59,490 bases of DNA from Desulfobacca acetoxidans (GCA_020722205.1 DYLF01000005.1:1-59490); one strand, 5' to 3'; counted from the stretch's first letter, positions 1-9,377 are shown. The notes: generated by a model from the sequence alone, not told the origin. Numbers and translations are program-made.

Positions 1-73
1 TCCCCAACCGGATTTGAACCGGTGTTGCCGGCGTGAAAGGCCGGTGTCCTGGACCAGGCTAGACGATGGGGAC
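1..73 (-). tRNA. tRNA-Glu (anticodon UUC), 3' end cut by window edge
   Basis: Reverse complement reads GTCCCCATCGTCTAGCCTGGTCCAGGACACCGGCCTTTCACGCCGGCAACACCGGTTCAAATCCGGTTGGGGA. It has an anticodon loop CTTTCAC and T-loop TTCAAAT. The last acceptor base and CCA fall outside the window. Confidence 0.85.
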
Positions 74-107
74 CTTTTGGTTGGTGCCTGAAGTGGCTGC
101 TCTCGGC

Positions 108-183
108 TGGTGGGCCGTGTTGGATTCGAACCAACGACTCTCTGCTTAAAAGGCAGATACTCTACCGACTGAGTTAACGGCCC
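108..183 (-). tRNA. tRNA-Lys (anticodon UUU)
   Basis: Reverse complement reads GGGCCGTTAACTCAGTCGGTAGAGTATCTGCCTTTTAAGCAGAGAGTCGTTGGTTCGAATCCAACACGGCCCACCA. The acceptor stem is GGGCCGT/ACGGCCC, the anticodon loop is CTTTTAA, and CCA is encoded. Confidence 0.9.
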
Positions 184-197
184 GCCTGAACACGCTA

Positions 198-226
198 AAT
201 TTAACCTCCTGCCGGCTGCTTGTCAA
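198..226 (-). promoter_or_regulatory. sigma70-type promoter candidate for the tRNA-Lys/tRNA-Glu unit
   Basis: On the minus strand: TTGACA (226-221), a 17-nt spacer, then TAAATT (203-198). The -10 element ends about 14 nt upstream of the tRNA-Lys 5' end at 183. Confidence 0.45.
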
Positions 227-452
227 GGCTATCCTGAGCGTTTAAGTCTGGACAGACTGTGCTTTTCGGCCATGGCTCATGCCAAAGGCTGGCCCGTGAC
301 CAACAGCGGGGCAGCAGACATGCATCCCTTCAATTTCTGCCTTAAGCGGCTTCATCAAAAAACCGCGAAGTCCTGACAGCCTCTCCGCCGCTTGCCGCAG
401 AAAAGAGGTGGGCGCGCTGGCCATGGCTTAAAAAACCACCAGGACTGCAAAG

Positions 453-1076
453 CTAACAGGATTTTCCCCTATCAGAACTTAGTGCGGTCAAGGTTTTCTG
501 AAGAATCGCGGCGTGAATTTCCTCCCGCGGCAAGGCGGCGTCCAGCCAATGGAAGTGCGGTCCGCGCATGGTCTGGTAAATGGCCGCCACCCGGGTAAGA
601 TAGTCCAAAGTCTCAGTCTGCTGCTGAACTGGGCCTGACTTTTTCCCGCGGCGGGCCAGTCCCAAGGCCGGCGGCAGGTCCAGGATGAAGACCAGATCAG
701 GAACCGGCGCCTCCCCCTCATTTTGCGCCAGTATCCAGACGGAATCCAGACCTGCGGCGCCTTGGTAGGCTGCCGAGGAATAAAAATAGCGATCGGTGAT
801 GACTATCCGTCCCCTTTCCAGGGCCGGCCTGATCACCCGGGCTACGTGCTCCCGCCGGTCAGCCATAAAGAGTTCCAACTCTTCGGCCGCCTTCAGGCGA
901 GGTCCTCCACCTGTGAGATAGGCGCGCAGTTTACGGCCCCTCGGCCCGTCGCTGGGTTCCCGGGTAAGAACCACCTCATAGCCCCTGGCCTTAAGAGCAT
1001 CGAACAACCGGTGCGCCTGGGTGCTTTTGCCGGCCCCGTCAATGCCCTCCAAGGCGATGAGAAAACCCTTTGCCAT
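453..1076 (-). CDS. tmk: thymidylate kinase
   Basis: MAKGFLIALEGIDGAGKSTQ P-loop and dTMP-kinase-like sequence. I chose the internal ATG at 1076 because homologs start about there; the ORF track start at 1127 adds 17 poorly fitting residues. Confidence 0.85.
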   Translation of the reverse strand: MAKGFLIALEGIDGAGKSTQAHRLFDALKARGYEVVLTREPSDGPRGRKLRAYLTGGGPRLKAAEELELFMADRREHVARVIRPALERGRIVITDRYFYSSAAYQGAAGLDSVWILAQNEGEAPVPDLVFILDLPPALGLARRGKKSGPVQQQTETLDYLTRVAAIYQTMRGPHFHWLDAALPREEIHAAILQKTLTALSSDRGKSC

Positions 1077-1286
1077 ACGCCGGTGGGTTACCAGGCTGGG
1101 GGGAAAGCAGCTTGATGGTAATGGCAAACCATCTTGTCTTAGTGGCCGAGATGAATTTTCAGCTTTTTGGCTCGAAAATCCTCCTGAGCAATGGCAGGTC
1201 GGCTCAGGCCTTTGAGTTCGGCTTCCATAATATCCCCTCTCTTATCAGTCCTGTCCAAGACAGTTGGCGGCCGAGGGTTGCCAGCC

Positions 1287-1640
1287 CTAATCTTTTAGGT
1301 ATCGTTTCACCGCATTCCGTAAGTCGTCCAGATCCGAGGACTTCACTAAATATTCGTCTGAAGCCCAGGTGGCGAAATCCTGGCGGTATTCTCCATAGGC
1401 CGTGCTCAAAAGCACCGGCAGGTCAGGACGGCGTTCTTTGATCTGGCGCAGGGTCTCAATGCCGTCCATCTCCGGCATCTTGATGTCCAGGATGACCAGG
1501 TCCACCGGCACGGTGGCCATTATTTCCAGGGCTTCCCGGCCGTTGGCAGCGGTATAGACTTCGTATCCTTCTTCTTTAAGTTCTTCACTGTAAAGGAGGC
1601 GAATGCTCATTTCATCATCGGCTACCAGAATTTTCTTCAT
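1287..1640 (-). CDS. single-domain response regulator (CheY-like receiver)
   Basis: 117 aa. MKKILVADDE...DLVILDIKMPEMDG...K gives the receiver acidic pocket and phospho-Asp context. An AGGAGG-like SD lies upstream, and the gene sits directly downstream of the histidine kinase. Confidence 0.85.
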   Translation of the reverse strand: MKKILVADDEMSIRLLYSEELKEEGYEVYTAANGREALEIMATVPVDLVILDIKMPEMDGIETLRQIKERRPDLPVLLSTAYGEYRQDFATWASDEYLVKSSDLDDLRNAVKRYLKD

Positions 1641-1776
1641 CGCCTTCCTCCTGTTCTGAAAAGTCTAAAGTCCAAGGTCAAAGGGAACCGGGACTTTTTA
1701 TAATTTTGTCTGGGTCGCCGGCCCGTGAGGGAACCACATAGAAAAGTGTTACGGACTGAATACCGGGAGCTATAGT

Positions 1777-4128
1777 TCATATTTGAATGGCGCTGGCCGG
1801 AGCAGAGCCTTGGCCGGCTTCTTTCACCAGGCAGTATTTGGCGATGGGCAGGGTTACCACAAAGGTCACGCCTTTGCCCAGTTCATTGTTGACGGTTATC
1901 TCCCCGTAATGACGAGAAACAATGCGCTGGGCGATGGACAAGCCCAAACCGGTGCCATAGTCCTTGGTGGAAAAAAAGGGGTTGAAGATGTTATGGAGCA
2001 CATCCATGGGGATGCCTCCGCCGGTATCGGAGACGGCGGCGGCGGCATACAGACCATCCTCCTTCTCCACCGGATAGGTGCGGATGGTGAGGGTGCCGCC
2101 GTTCAGCATAGCTTGGCGGGCATTTTGAAAAAGGTTGTAAAAGACCTGCTTGAGCTGGCGGTCGTCGCAGTGCAGCAAGGGCAACTGGGCCAGTTGCTTG
2201 ACCACCTTGATATTCTGGGCATCCAGATCGCGCTGCACCAGAAGAAGGGTGTCTTCAATAAGCTGATCCAGGTCGTGGTTGCCGAAATAGCTAAGGTTTT
2301 CCCCGGTGAAGTCCAGGATTTCCCGGAGCAGCTTCTCCAAGCGGCTTACTTCTTCCTGAATTACCTCCACGTAACCTTTAAGCGGCGACTCCGGCTCCAC
2401 CAGCTTCTGGATGCGGCGGGCGAAACCACCGATGGACACCAGAGGGTTGCGGATTTCGTGAGCCATGCCGGAGGCCAGACTGCTGAGGGCGGCCAGACGA
2501 TCGCTCTCCAGCATACGCTCCCGAATCAGTCCCAGCTCCCGGCTGTTGGCTTCAATAGTGGCATAAAGATGGGAGTTTTCCAGCAATAGGGCGGCCTGGG
2601 TGGTTAGCATCTGCAAGGCATGCAAAGGTTCCTCCTCCAGGGGGCGGGCCGACGTCTGGTTGTCCACCACGATGACCCCCGTAACCTGATCTTTGACCAC
2701 CAAAGGAGCAGCAAAGAGTTCTCCGGCGGTTAGTCTGACCTTTTCTGGCAGCTCGCCTCCCAGAACCTGGGGCTCCCGGAGGTGAACCGCGCGCCGGTTG
2801 AGGACAGCCGAGGCCAGAGGACCCTGGTCGTTCCGGAGGGGAATTTCCCAGTCGGCCAGGTCCAGTTCCCTAGCTAGCGGCAGAAACAGCGCGGTGGCCA
2901 AAGGGGCCGGCCCCCCCTGCGCAAGGCGCTCTGCCCCTTTGCGGCCCCGTAGAGTTTGCCCGGCCTCATCCACCATGAACACCAGGGCCCGGTCAAAGCC
3001 CAGCCCCTGCTCCTGGGTTAGTCCCTGGAGCAGGATTTCCAGGAGACGATCCTCCTGGACGGTGGTGAGCAAGGCCTGGGAAATCTCCTGCAAGGCTGTG
3101 AGATTTCTCACCATCCGTTGGTTTTTCTCGGCCAGGTCTTCCACCTGTTGATAGGTGATGGCGTTCTCCAGCGTGTTGGCGATCAACCCGGCCATGGTAA
3201 AGAGAAGCTGCCGGTTCTCATGGTCAAAGGGTTCATAGCCGCCGCTGGCGGTAATCTTGTCGAACACACACAAAGCGCCCTGCAAGGAGCTCTTGAAAGT
3301 GAGAGGCACAGCCAGGTGGTAGTGCAGGCTGCCGTCCGCCGCCACCTCCTCCCCTTGCAGGTAAGGGATGTCGGCCAAAGTGCCGCCAGTGGGTAGGACG
3401 CCTAAAATAGGGGGGCATTTAAAGGGGGCCGGGATATAACCGTAGCGGGAGGAGACCCGGGTCTCACCGGTTTGACGGTCCACAATCTGCAAGCCCGCCC
3501 CCCGGGCGGTGATCACCTTGGCTGTGGTGGTTACAATGCGCTCCAGCAGTTCGTCCAGTTCCACCGTGGAACTCAGGGCCTTGCCGACTTCAAAGAGTAC
3601 CGCCAGTTCGGCAATACGTTTTTTGGCTTCCTCCTGCACCATAGCCTGGCGCAGCGCCCCGGCCAGCATCAAGGTGGCCGAACGGATGATCTGGCGTTCC
3701 GCCTGGGAATAGGAACGGTCTTTGCCGTCCACCAACAGCAACACGCCGTACAGAAAGTTGTCGTCGGCCACCGGAAAAGCAGCCAGGGTGTGGAAGGCGG
3801 GGTGCAGCTTTTCCAACAGTGCATTGGCCGGCATGACTCCGGCGTGATGGCGATGGACGACCTTTTCCTGCCGGCTCTTGGCCACTTCCCCCACCACTCC
3901 CTGACCACAGGCAAATTCCAGACGCTGATGTGGGGACAGCACCCCCTTGCTGGTGAGTTGCAGAGTGAGCAGTTCTTTGCCCTTATCCAATCCGAAGTAT
4001 AAAGACAGATCGACCTTTAGGTAGCGACCCAGAAGATGAACCATGTTTTTGAGGCGCTCCTCAAAACTTATCGTGGAGGTAAGCACCTCTACCATTTGGG
4101 ATAAGAATGAGAGGCGGTCCGCAGCCAT
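1777..4128 (-). CDS. sensor histidine kinase with multiple GAF-like domains
   Basis: 783 aa. H-box MAHEIRNPL, ATPase G-boxes VSDTGGGIP and GTGLGLSIA, and a long N-terminal GAF-like region. No TM segments are obvious. Confidence 0.85.
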   Translation of the reverse strand: MAADRLSFLSQMVEVLTSTISFEERLKNMVHLLGRYLKVDLSLYFGLDKGKELLTLQLTSKGVLSPHQRLEFACGQGVVGEVAKSRQEKVVHRHHAGVMPANALLEKLHPAFHTLAAFPVADDNFLYGVLLLVDGKDRSYSQAERQIIRSATLMLAGALRQAMVQEEAKKRIAELAVLFEVGKALSSTVELDELLERIVTTTAKVITARGAGLQIVDRQTGETRVSSRYGYIPAPFKCPPILGVLPTGGTLADIPYLQGEEVAADGSLHYHLAVPLTFKSSLQGALCVFDKITASGGYEPFDHENRQLLFTMAGLIANTLENAITYQQVEDLAEKNQRMVRNLTALQEISQALLTTVQEDRLLEILLQGLTQEQGLGFDRALVFMVDEAGQTLRGRKGAERLAQGGPAPLATALFLPLARELDLADWEIPLRNDQGPLASAVLNRRAVHLREPQVLGGELPEKVRLTAGELFAAPLVVKDQVTGVIVVDNQTSARPLEEEPLHALQMLTTQAALLLENSHLYATIEANSRELGLIRERMLESDRLAALSSLASGMAHEIRNPLVSIGGFARRIQKLVEPESPLKGYVEVIQEEVSRLEKLLREILDFTGENLSYFGNHDLDQLIEDTLLLVQRDLDAQNIKVVKQLAQLPLLHCDDRQLKQVFYNLFQNARQAMLNGGTLTIRTYPVEKEDGLYAAAAVSDTGGGIPMDVLHNIFNPFFSTKDYGTGLGLSIAQRIVSRHYGEITVNNELGKGVTFVVTLPIAKYCLVKEAGQGSAPASAIQI

Positions 4129-4130
4129 AT

Positions 4131-4172
4131 GTTTGGGTTTTTGGGTTCTCGGTTTTGGGTTATGAGGTTATC
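4131..4172. repeat. degenerate 7-nt tandem array (plus strand GTTTGGG TTTTTGG GTTCTCG GTTTTGG GTTATGA GGTTATC)
   Basis: GGG/CGG/AGG followed by TT recurs at 4135, 4143, 4150, 4157 and 4164. On the minus strand this is the A/C-rich 5' leader (AACCCAAAACCGAGAACCCAAAAACCCAAACAT-ATG) of the kinase gene. Confidence 0.55.
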
Positions 4173-4268
4173 TGGGATGCCGACAACCGGCATTTAGCCC
4201 TCACTGGCACGATGAGTGAATCTCACTATTTCCCTCTGGCTTCTCGTTTCTAATCTCCGGACTATAAC

Positions 4269-5744
4269 TTATAGTCTGTTTCCTAATGCCTGTCGCCTGG
4301 CCTCGATGGCACGCTGGTATAGTGCAACGTATTTAGGGGCCACGGCATCCCAGGAGAAATCCAGGGTCATGTTTCGTTTCACCAGGGCCTGCCAGGCAGG
4401 GGGGTCATTATATAGACTCAGGGCCCGGTGCACCGCCGCCAACAGCTCTGCCGGGGTGTAGCTGCTGAATTTGAAGCCGTTGCCGCCACCGGTGTCCGGC
4501 TGATACTCCTGGATGGTTTCATCAAGTCCGCCCGTCGCCCGGACGATGGGCACAGTGCCGTAGCGCAGGCAATAAAGTTGGTCCAGGCCACAGGGTTCAT
4601 AGCGAGAGGGCATGAGGTAGAAGTCGGCCCCGGCGATCAACTGGTGAGCCAGCTCTTCGCTGTACCCCAGGGCCAAACCGATGCAACCCGGGTATTTCAG
4701 GGCGATTTCCTGCAGCAGGTATTGATGCCGTTCTTCGCCGGTGCCTTGCAGGACAAAGCCCACCTGAAGCTGCATCATGTCCTCCAAAATGTTTTCCACC
4801 AGATCAATGCCTTTGCGCTCCACCAGACGGGTGGTCATGCCCACCAACGGGCGCGCCGGAGGCAGATCCATTCCAAAGCGCCGCAACAAATCAATCTTGC
4901 AGGACCGTTTGCCTTCCAGGTTGTCTATGGAATAAGGGCTGGCCAAGAAGGGATCGCGAGCTGGGTCCCAGCGCTCATAGTTGACCCCTTCCAAGATACC
5001 CACCAGCTCTGCCGCCCGCTCCTGAAAGACTCCCTCCAGACCGAAACCGAATTCCGGCTTCATGATTTCTTCCCGGTATTTGGTGCTGACCGTGCTGAGC
5101 AGGTCGGCAAACACCAAGCCCCCTTTCATCAGGTTGATCTTGCCGTAAAATTCCAGGGCCTTGGGCGACAGCAACTCCCATCCCAGGCCGGTAAGAGGCA
5201 GGTCATAGGCAGAGAAGATGCCTTGGTAACCGACGTTATGCACGGTATAGACTACCGGCAGGCGTTGCAGGCGAGGCCGCTCATGGTACAGAGTGCGAAA
5301 ATACACCGGCACCAAGCCGCTCTGCCACTCCTGGCAATGGCAGACGTCCAGGTCAAGTTCCAGGGCCTCAATCATTTCCACCACGGCCCGGCTGAAAAAA
5401 ATAAAGCGTTCGGCATTATCTTCAAAATCACCGTAGAGCGTACCATACAGACCCTCCCGGTTATACAGGGAGTCCTGGCCGACGAAAAAAAACTCCACTC
5501 CGGAGGCCATCTCGGCCCGGTAGATTTCCGCCGGCAGATTTTTCAAGGACAACGGGATGGTCAAAGTAACGCCGGTAGAACATAGAGGCGTTCCCGCCTC
5601 CCTTACCTGCCGGTACAGCGGCAGCACCACCTTGATGTCGTGCCCCAATTTTACCAGCGTTTCGGCCAAATCAGAAATCACTTCCGCCAGCCCACCGGTG
5701 CGGGCGAAAGGATTGGCCTCCGGGGTTACAATCAGAACGCGCAT
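4269..5744 (-). CDS. glgA: glycogen synthase (ADP-glucose type)
   Basis: MRVLIVTPEANPFARTGGLAEV N-terminus (K/RTGGL motif) and GT5-like length. The ATG at 5744 has an AAGGA 8 nt upstream. The ORF track GTG at 5768 is the alternative start. Confidence 0.9.
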   Translation of the reverse strand: MRVLIVTPEANPFARTGGLAEVISDLAETLVKLGHDIKVVLPLYRQVREAGTPLCSTGVTLTIPLSLKNLPAEIYRAEMASGVEFFFVGQDSLYNREGLYGTLYGDFEDNAERFIFFSRAVVEMIEALELDLDVCHCQEWQSGLVPVYFRTLYHERPRLQRLPVVYTVHNVGYQGIFSAYDLPLTGLGWELLSPKALEFYGKINLMKGGLVFADLLSTVSTKYREEIMKPEFGFGLEGVFQERAAELVGILEGVNYERWDPARDPFLASPYSIDNLEGKRSCKIDLLRRFGMDLPPARPLVGMTTRLVERKGIDLVENILEDMMQLQVGFVLQGTGEERHQYLLQEIALKYPGCIGLALGYSEELAHQLIAGADFYLMPSRYEPCGLDQLYCLRYGTVPIVRATGGLDETIQEYQPDTGGGNGFKFSSYTPAELLAAVHRALSLYNDPPAWQALVKRNMTLDFSWDAVAPKYVALYQRAIEARRQALGNRL

Positions 5745-5805
5745 AAAAGGAATCCTTTCCAGACTCACCTCATAGTCCTAAGTCACCTGCTCCAGGTTTC
5801 AGCGC

Positions 5806-6834
5806 TCAAGCTTGATTAGTCGGCTCACGGCTCGCATCCAGTTGCACTTCCCGCAGAAATTGGGCGGCGTCTTCCGGGGGGGTGGGATTGATGTAAAAGC
5901 CCGACCCCCACTCAAAGCCGGCCACCAAGGTGAGCTTTGGCATAATTTCAAAATGCCAGTGATAATAGGGCATCTCTGGCTCCCGAATGGGAGCCGTGTG
6001 CAAAATGAAGTTGTACGGCGCCTTCCCCAGGGATTTCTCCAGCCTCTTCAGAGTTTCGGAAAAGATCTCGGCCAATCGATAGTAGGACTCTGCCTTGAGG
6101 TCGATATAAGAAGAATAATGGGCTTTGGGGAGAATCCACACTTCAAAAGGCGAGCGCGGGGCAAAGGGGCAGATAGCTACAAATTCCTGGTTCTCCAACA
6201 CCACCCGCACCTGCTGTTGCAGTTCCTGCCGTATCATGTCGCAGAAAACGCAGCGCTCCTTCCAGTTGTAATAAAACTTGCTGCCATTGAGTTCTTCCAT
6301 GACCAGCTCCGGCACGATGGGCAAACCGATAAGCTGGCTATGGCTGTGCTCCAAAGAAGCGCCGGCCGACCGCCCCTGGTTTTTAAAAACCAGCACGTAA
6401 CGGAACCGGGGGTCTTCCGCCAGCGCGCGGATGCGGTCGCCATAAGCCCTGAGCACCTCATGAAAACCTTCCAGGGAAATGCTGGCCAGGGTGACATGAT
6501 GATCAGGATTCTCAATGATCACCTCATGAGTGCCGATGCCGTTCATCTTGTCGAACATGCCCTCACCCATGCGATCCGGGTCTCCCTGGAGCACCAAAGC
6601 CGGGAACTTGTTGTTCACCACCCTCAGGCGCCAGCCCGGGCTGTTGGGAGCAGTTCCCGGTTCCCGGTAGGCCAGTATCTCCGGCGGCGTGGTATGTTCG
6701 TTGCCGGGACAAAAAGGGCAGAACCCTCCCCTGGTCACTTCCTCCTCAATCACAAAATCATGGGGCCGCTTGCCCCGTTCCGTGGCAATGATCACCCAGC
6801 GGCCGATGATGGGATCCTTCCGCAACTCCGGCAT
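5806..6834 (-). CDS. galT: GalT-type (HIT superfamily) hexose-1-phosphate nucleotidyltransferase
   Basis: 342 aa with the zinc motif CPFCPGNE and the active-site HSHSQL (HxHxQ) typical of galactose-1-phosphate uridylyltransferase-like enzymes. Confidence 0.8.
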   Translation of the reverse strand: MPELRKDPIIGRWVIIATERGKRPHDFVIEEEVTRGGFCPFCPGNEHTTPPEILAYREPGTAPNSPGWRLRVVNNKFPALVLQGDPDRMGEGMFDKMNGIGTHEVIIENPDHHVTLASISLEGFHEVLRAYGDRIRALAEDPRFRYVLVFKNQGRSAGASLEHSHSQLIGLPIVPELVMEELNGSKFYYNWKERCVFCDMIRQELQQQVRVVLENQEFVAICPFAPRSPFEVWILPKAHYSSYIDLKAESYYRLAEIFSETLKRLEKSLGKAPYNFILHTAPIREPEMPYYHWHFEIMPKLTLVAGFEWGSGFYINPTPPEDAAQFLREVQLDASREPTNQA

Positions 6835-7066
6835 CTACCGTCCCTCGCTCTGATCTGTCAGTTAAATCTTCACCGTGCGATTCTCCGCAGCCGGCTTTTT
6901 GTAAAATTTCTTCCTGCTCTAGAGGAAGAGCCGCAACCTCCCGATTTTCACCAGTATACTTCTCAAGAGAAATTGTGCAAGTAATTTGGCTGACATGGCC
7001 AACAGGTAAGAGCAGGCTCTCCCCCCACCCCCCAAGATGTCCCCCGAGGGTTAAGACCCTCCGATA

Positions 7067-7279
7067 TCAGCGGCGGAACAGGGTAAAAAGCAAAGTTAAT
7101 ACCACACTGAGCACTATACAGGTGCCCAAGGGAAAATAGAAAGTGAAGCGCCCCCGCTGCCAGCTGATGTCTCCAGGCAATTTGCCCAACCAGGGGATCT
7201 TCGGGCCCAGCCACAGGAGCACTCCCAGGCCGACCAAAATCAAACCCATGATCACCAAGAAACGCCCCATCTCAGACAT
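7067..7279 (-). CDS. small membrane protein, DUF2905-like
   Basis: 70 aa with two hydrophobic segments. The PWLGKLPGDISWQRGRFTFYFPL motif is recognised from memory as the DUF2905 family. Confidence 0.6.
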   Translation of the reverse strand: MSEMGRFLVIMGLILVGLGVLLWLGPKIPWLGKLPGDISWQRGRFTFYFPLGTCIVLSVVLTLLFTLFRR

Positions 7280-7408
7280 ACTGCCACCACCTCAAAAAGT
7301 TGTTGCCTACCTTCAATTTAGTGATAATCCGACAGTTTTTCAAGATATTTCCCTACCCCCGGGGCACCTCCCCCCACCCAATTCTTTGACTCAGGCAATT
7401 GTGGATAT

Positions 7409-7475
7409 CCCCTCCGCCGCCAGCAAAGGGCGGGGCAAAATTCTCCTTCTCTGTTGGCGGGGAGGGCGGGGGAGG
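7409..7475. repeat. GC-rich hairpin element (C-rich arm / G-rich arm / GGGGGAGGAAAAAAG tail)
   Basis: CCCCTCCGCCGCCA (7409-7422) is near-complementary to TGGCGGGGAGGG (7455-7466). The tail CGGGGGAGGAAAAAAG resembles the tail of the element at 54552. Confidence 0.4.
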
Positions 7476-7535
7476 AAAAAAGTATTCTTTTACAGGGCCA
7501 CCAATAAGTTAGTCTAAACCTCCAATTGTTATCAG

Positions 7536-8253
7536 TTAATCCTCGGGCTTTAAAGGTTTGACTCCTTGGGGACGGGCGCCGAAAATGGCCGTTCCCACCC
7601 GGATAAGGGTGGCCCCCTCCTGCACGGCCACTTCGAAGTCGGCTGTCATCCCCATGGACAACTCTACGGCGTCGGCCGGCAGGACACCCTGAGCGCGGAG
7701 CTGATCCCTAAGCTCCCGCAAAGCCCGAAAATAAGGGCGCACCTCTTCCGGGGGCAGCCACGGCGGCATGGTCATCAGACCCCGGACCCGGAGATGGGAC
7801 ATCTGAGCAATTTCCTTCAGCAACGTCGGCACTTCAGCCGGGGGGGCCCCGGACTTGGTGTCCTCGGGGGACATCATCACCTGGATAAGGATGTCCTGGA
7901 TTTTCCCCCGCCGGGCGGCGGCGGCCTCCAGGGCCTGAGCCAGTCTGAGGCGGTCCACGCTGTGGATGAGGTGGAAGAGTTCCACCACGGCCTTGGCTTT
8001 TTTGGACTGCAAGTGTCCGATGAAATGCCACCTCAGGTCCGGCCCCAGGGCGACGATCTTGGGCTGGGCTTCTTGGAGATAATTTTCCCCGAACTGACGC
8101 TGGCCGGCAGCCACGGCCTCCCTGAGTCGCTCCACCGGGACAGTTTTGCTCACCGCCACCAGCTGGACACTCTCGGGGTCTCGCCCCACCCGGCGGAGGC
8201 CCAGCCGTCATCCTATGCTTTATGTCCGCAAGGTTTTCAGCCACCTGGCTCAT
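7536..8253 (-). pseudogene. yggS: YggS-family PLP-binding protein with an apparent 1-nt frame disruption near codon 17
   Basis: The frame from ATG 8253 gives MSQVAENLADIKHRMTAG, a YggS N-terminus. The rest (GRDPESVQLVAVSKT...FGENYLQE...) is in another frame, open from GTG 8189 to 7536. Deleting one G/C around 8199-8203 gives a continuous MTAGLRRVGRDPESV. Confidence 0.6.
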
Positions 8254-8286
8254 AAGGCTATTCCATTCTGGTGCGCAGCACGAACC

Positions 8287-9120
8287 TTAAATTGATTTTA
8301 GGCTGCTGACCAATAAGTTATCTCTTATATTGTCTTTTCCCGGTTGACCCTTGCCCACCAGATTGAAGGCCGACAGGGTATTGCCATAGGTCCGATGGGC
8401 AACCTCTTCCAGACTGAGGCCGTGCAGTTTGGCCAGGGTCTGGGCGGTGGCCGTCACATAGGCCGGTTCGTTGCGCTTGCCGCGCCAGGGCTGAGGGGCC
8501 AGATAGGGACAATCCGTCTCCATGAGCACCCTGTCCAAGGGGAGTTGACGGGCTACCTGTCGCAAGGGCTCGGCAGGAGGATAGGTGAGGACGCCGGAGA
8601 AGGACAGATAGAAGCCCAAATCCAGAAAATGGTAAGCTTCCTCAAGGCTGCCGGAAAAACAGTGCATGACCCCGCCGACCAGACGGCTGCTGTAATCCCT
8701 GAGAATCTGCAAGGTGTCGGCCGTGGCCTCCCGGGTGTGCACCACCACCGCCTTTTTGAGGCTGACGGCCCACTCCAGAAACTGCCGGAACCAATAACGC
8801 TGCTCCTCCTCCGGGGAGCGGCGCCGGTAAAAATCCAAGCCGATTTCGCCGATGGCCACCACCCGCTCGTCCAGGGCCACGGGGGCCAGAGCTTCCAGGT
8901 CCCTCGCGGTCAGGGCGGCGACCGCATGGGGGTGCACCCCCACCGCGGCGAAGACTTCGTGATATCTGTGGGCCGTTTCCACTACCTGGTGGGAGTTCTG
9001 AAGGCCGATCCCGATATTAATAATAAGCCCGACCCCGGCCTCTCGGGCACGGTTCACCACTTCCTCCTGATCGGGGCGTAGTTCTGGCTCATCCAAATGA
9101 GCGTGGGAATCAGCCAACAT
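8287..9120 (-). CDS. tatD: TatD-family metal-dependent hydrolase/DNase
   Basis: MLADSHAHLDEPE start (HxH metal site), later HTREA and ETDCPYL motifs, 277 aa. Confidence 0.85.
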   Translation of the reverse strand: MLADSHAHLDEPELRPDQEEVVNRAREAGVGLIINIGIGLQNSHQVVETAHRYHEVFAAVGVHPHAVAALTARDLEALAPVALDERVVAIGEIGLDFYRRRSPEEEQRYWFRQFLEWAVSLKKAVVVHTREATADTLQILRDYSSRLVGGVMHCFSGSLEEAYHFLDLGFYLSFSGVLTYPPAEPLRQVARQLPLDRVLMETDCPYLAPQPWRGKRNEPAYVTATAQTLAKLHGLSLEEVAHRTYGNTLSAFNLVGKGQPGKDNIRDNLLVSSLKSI

Positions 9121-9282
9121 AGGACGTGAGCTGTGGGCGGTAAGCCGCTAAAGATATCTTATTGCTTATATGGATTGGTGGTTATTTCTTCCAATTCGCC
9201 TCTGAGTCAGGGTAATTAAAATGATTTCCTCTTGACCAGAAAGATTTGGGAAATAAACTGTCTGTATAAATATACCCCAAAT

Positions 9283-9310
9283 CACTGACCACTGGCCACT
9301 GATTACTAAC
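9283..9310. repeat. 7-nt tandem array CACTGAC CACTGGC CACTGAT TACTAAC
   Basis: CACTG/TACTA starts at 9283, 9290, 9297 and 9304, an exact period of 7, in the divergent tatD / 9378 intergenic region. Confidence 0.7.
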
Positions 9311-9377
9311 TTCTCTGGACGGATCAAGTCCTGCATGGTAAAATACCGGAAATTTCGCCAACCTGCAAGGAGCGGCG

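Noticed and set aside
1139-1228. 29-aa minus-strand ORF (MEAELKGLSRPAIAQEDFRAKKLKIHLGH) with a GAGGGGA SD, between the response regulator and tmk.
   Set aside because: Too short, with no recognisable family. It could be real, but I cannot support it from sequence alone.
4203-4222. A TGGCAC hexamer that looked like a sigma54 -24 element.
   Set aside because: The -12 position reads GTGA rather than TTGC at the required spacing, and the orientation does not precede any gene.
5812-6984. 390-aa ORF on the plus strand, antisense to the galT-like gene. Similar long shadow ORFs are at 4428-5585, 31173-31997, 43322-44047, 56714-57643 and 58742-59380.
   Set aside because: All lie opposite strongly recognisable genes, have Arg/Gly/His/Leu-rich low-complexity translations with no motifs, and are the expected by-product of GC-rich coding sequence.
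9286-9297. The 12-mer TGACCACTGGCC shared with 29334-29345 (rpoB-rpoC spacer), as evidence of a dispersed repeat.
   Set aside because: Roughly 100 or more chance 12-mer matches are expected in a 59-kb window on both strands, so a single shared 12-mer is not significant.
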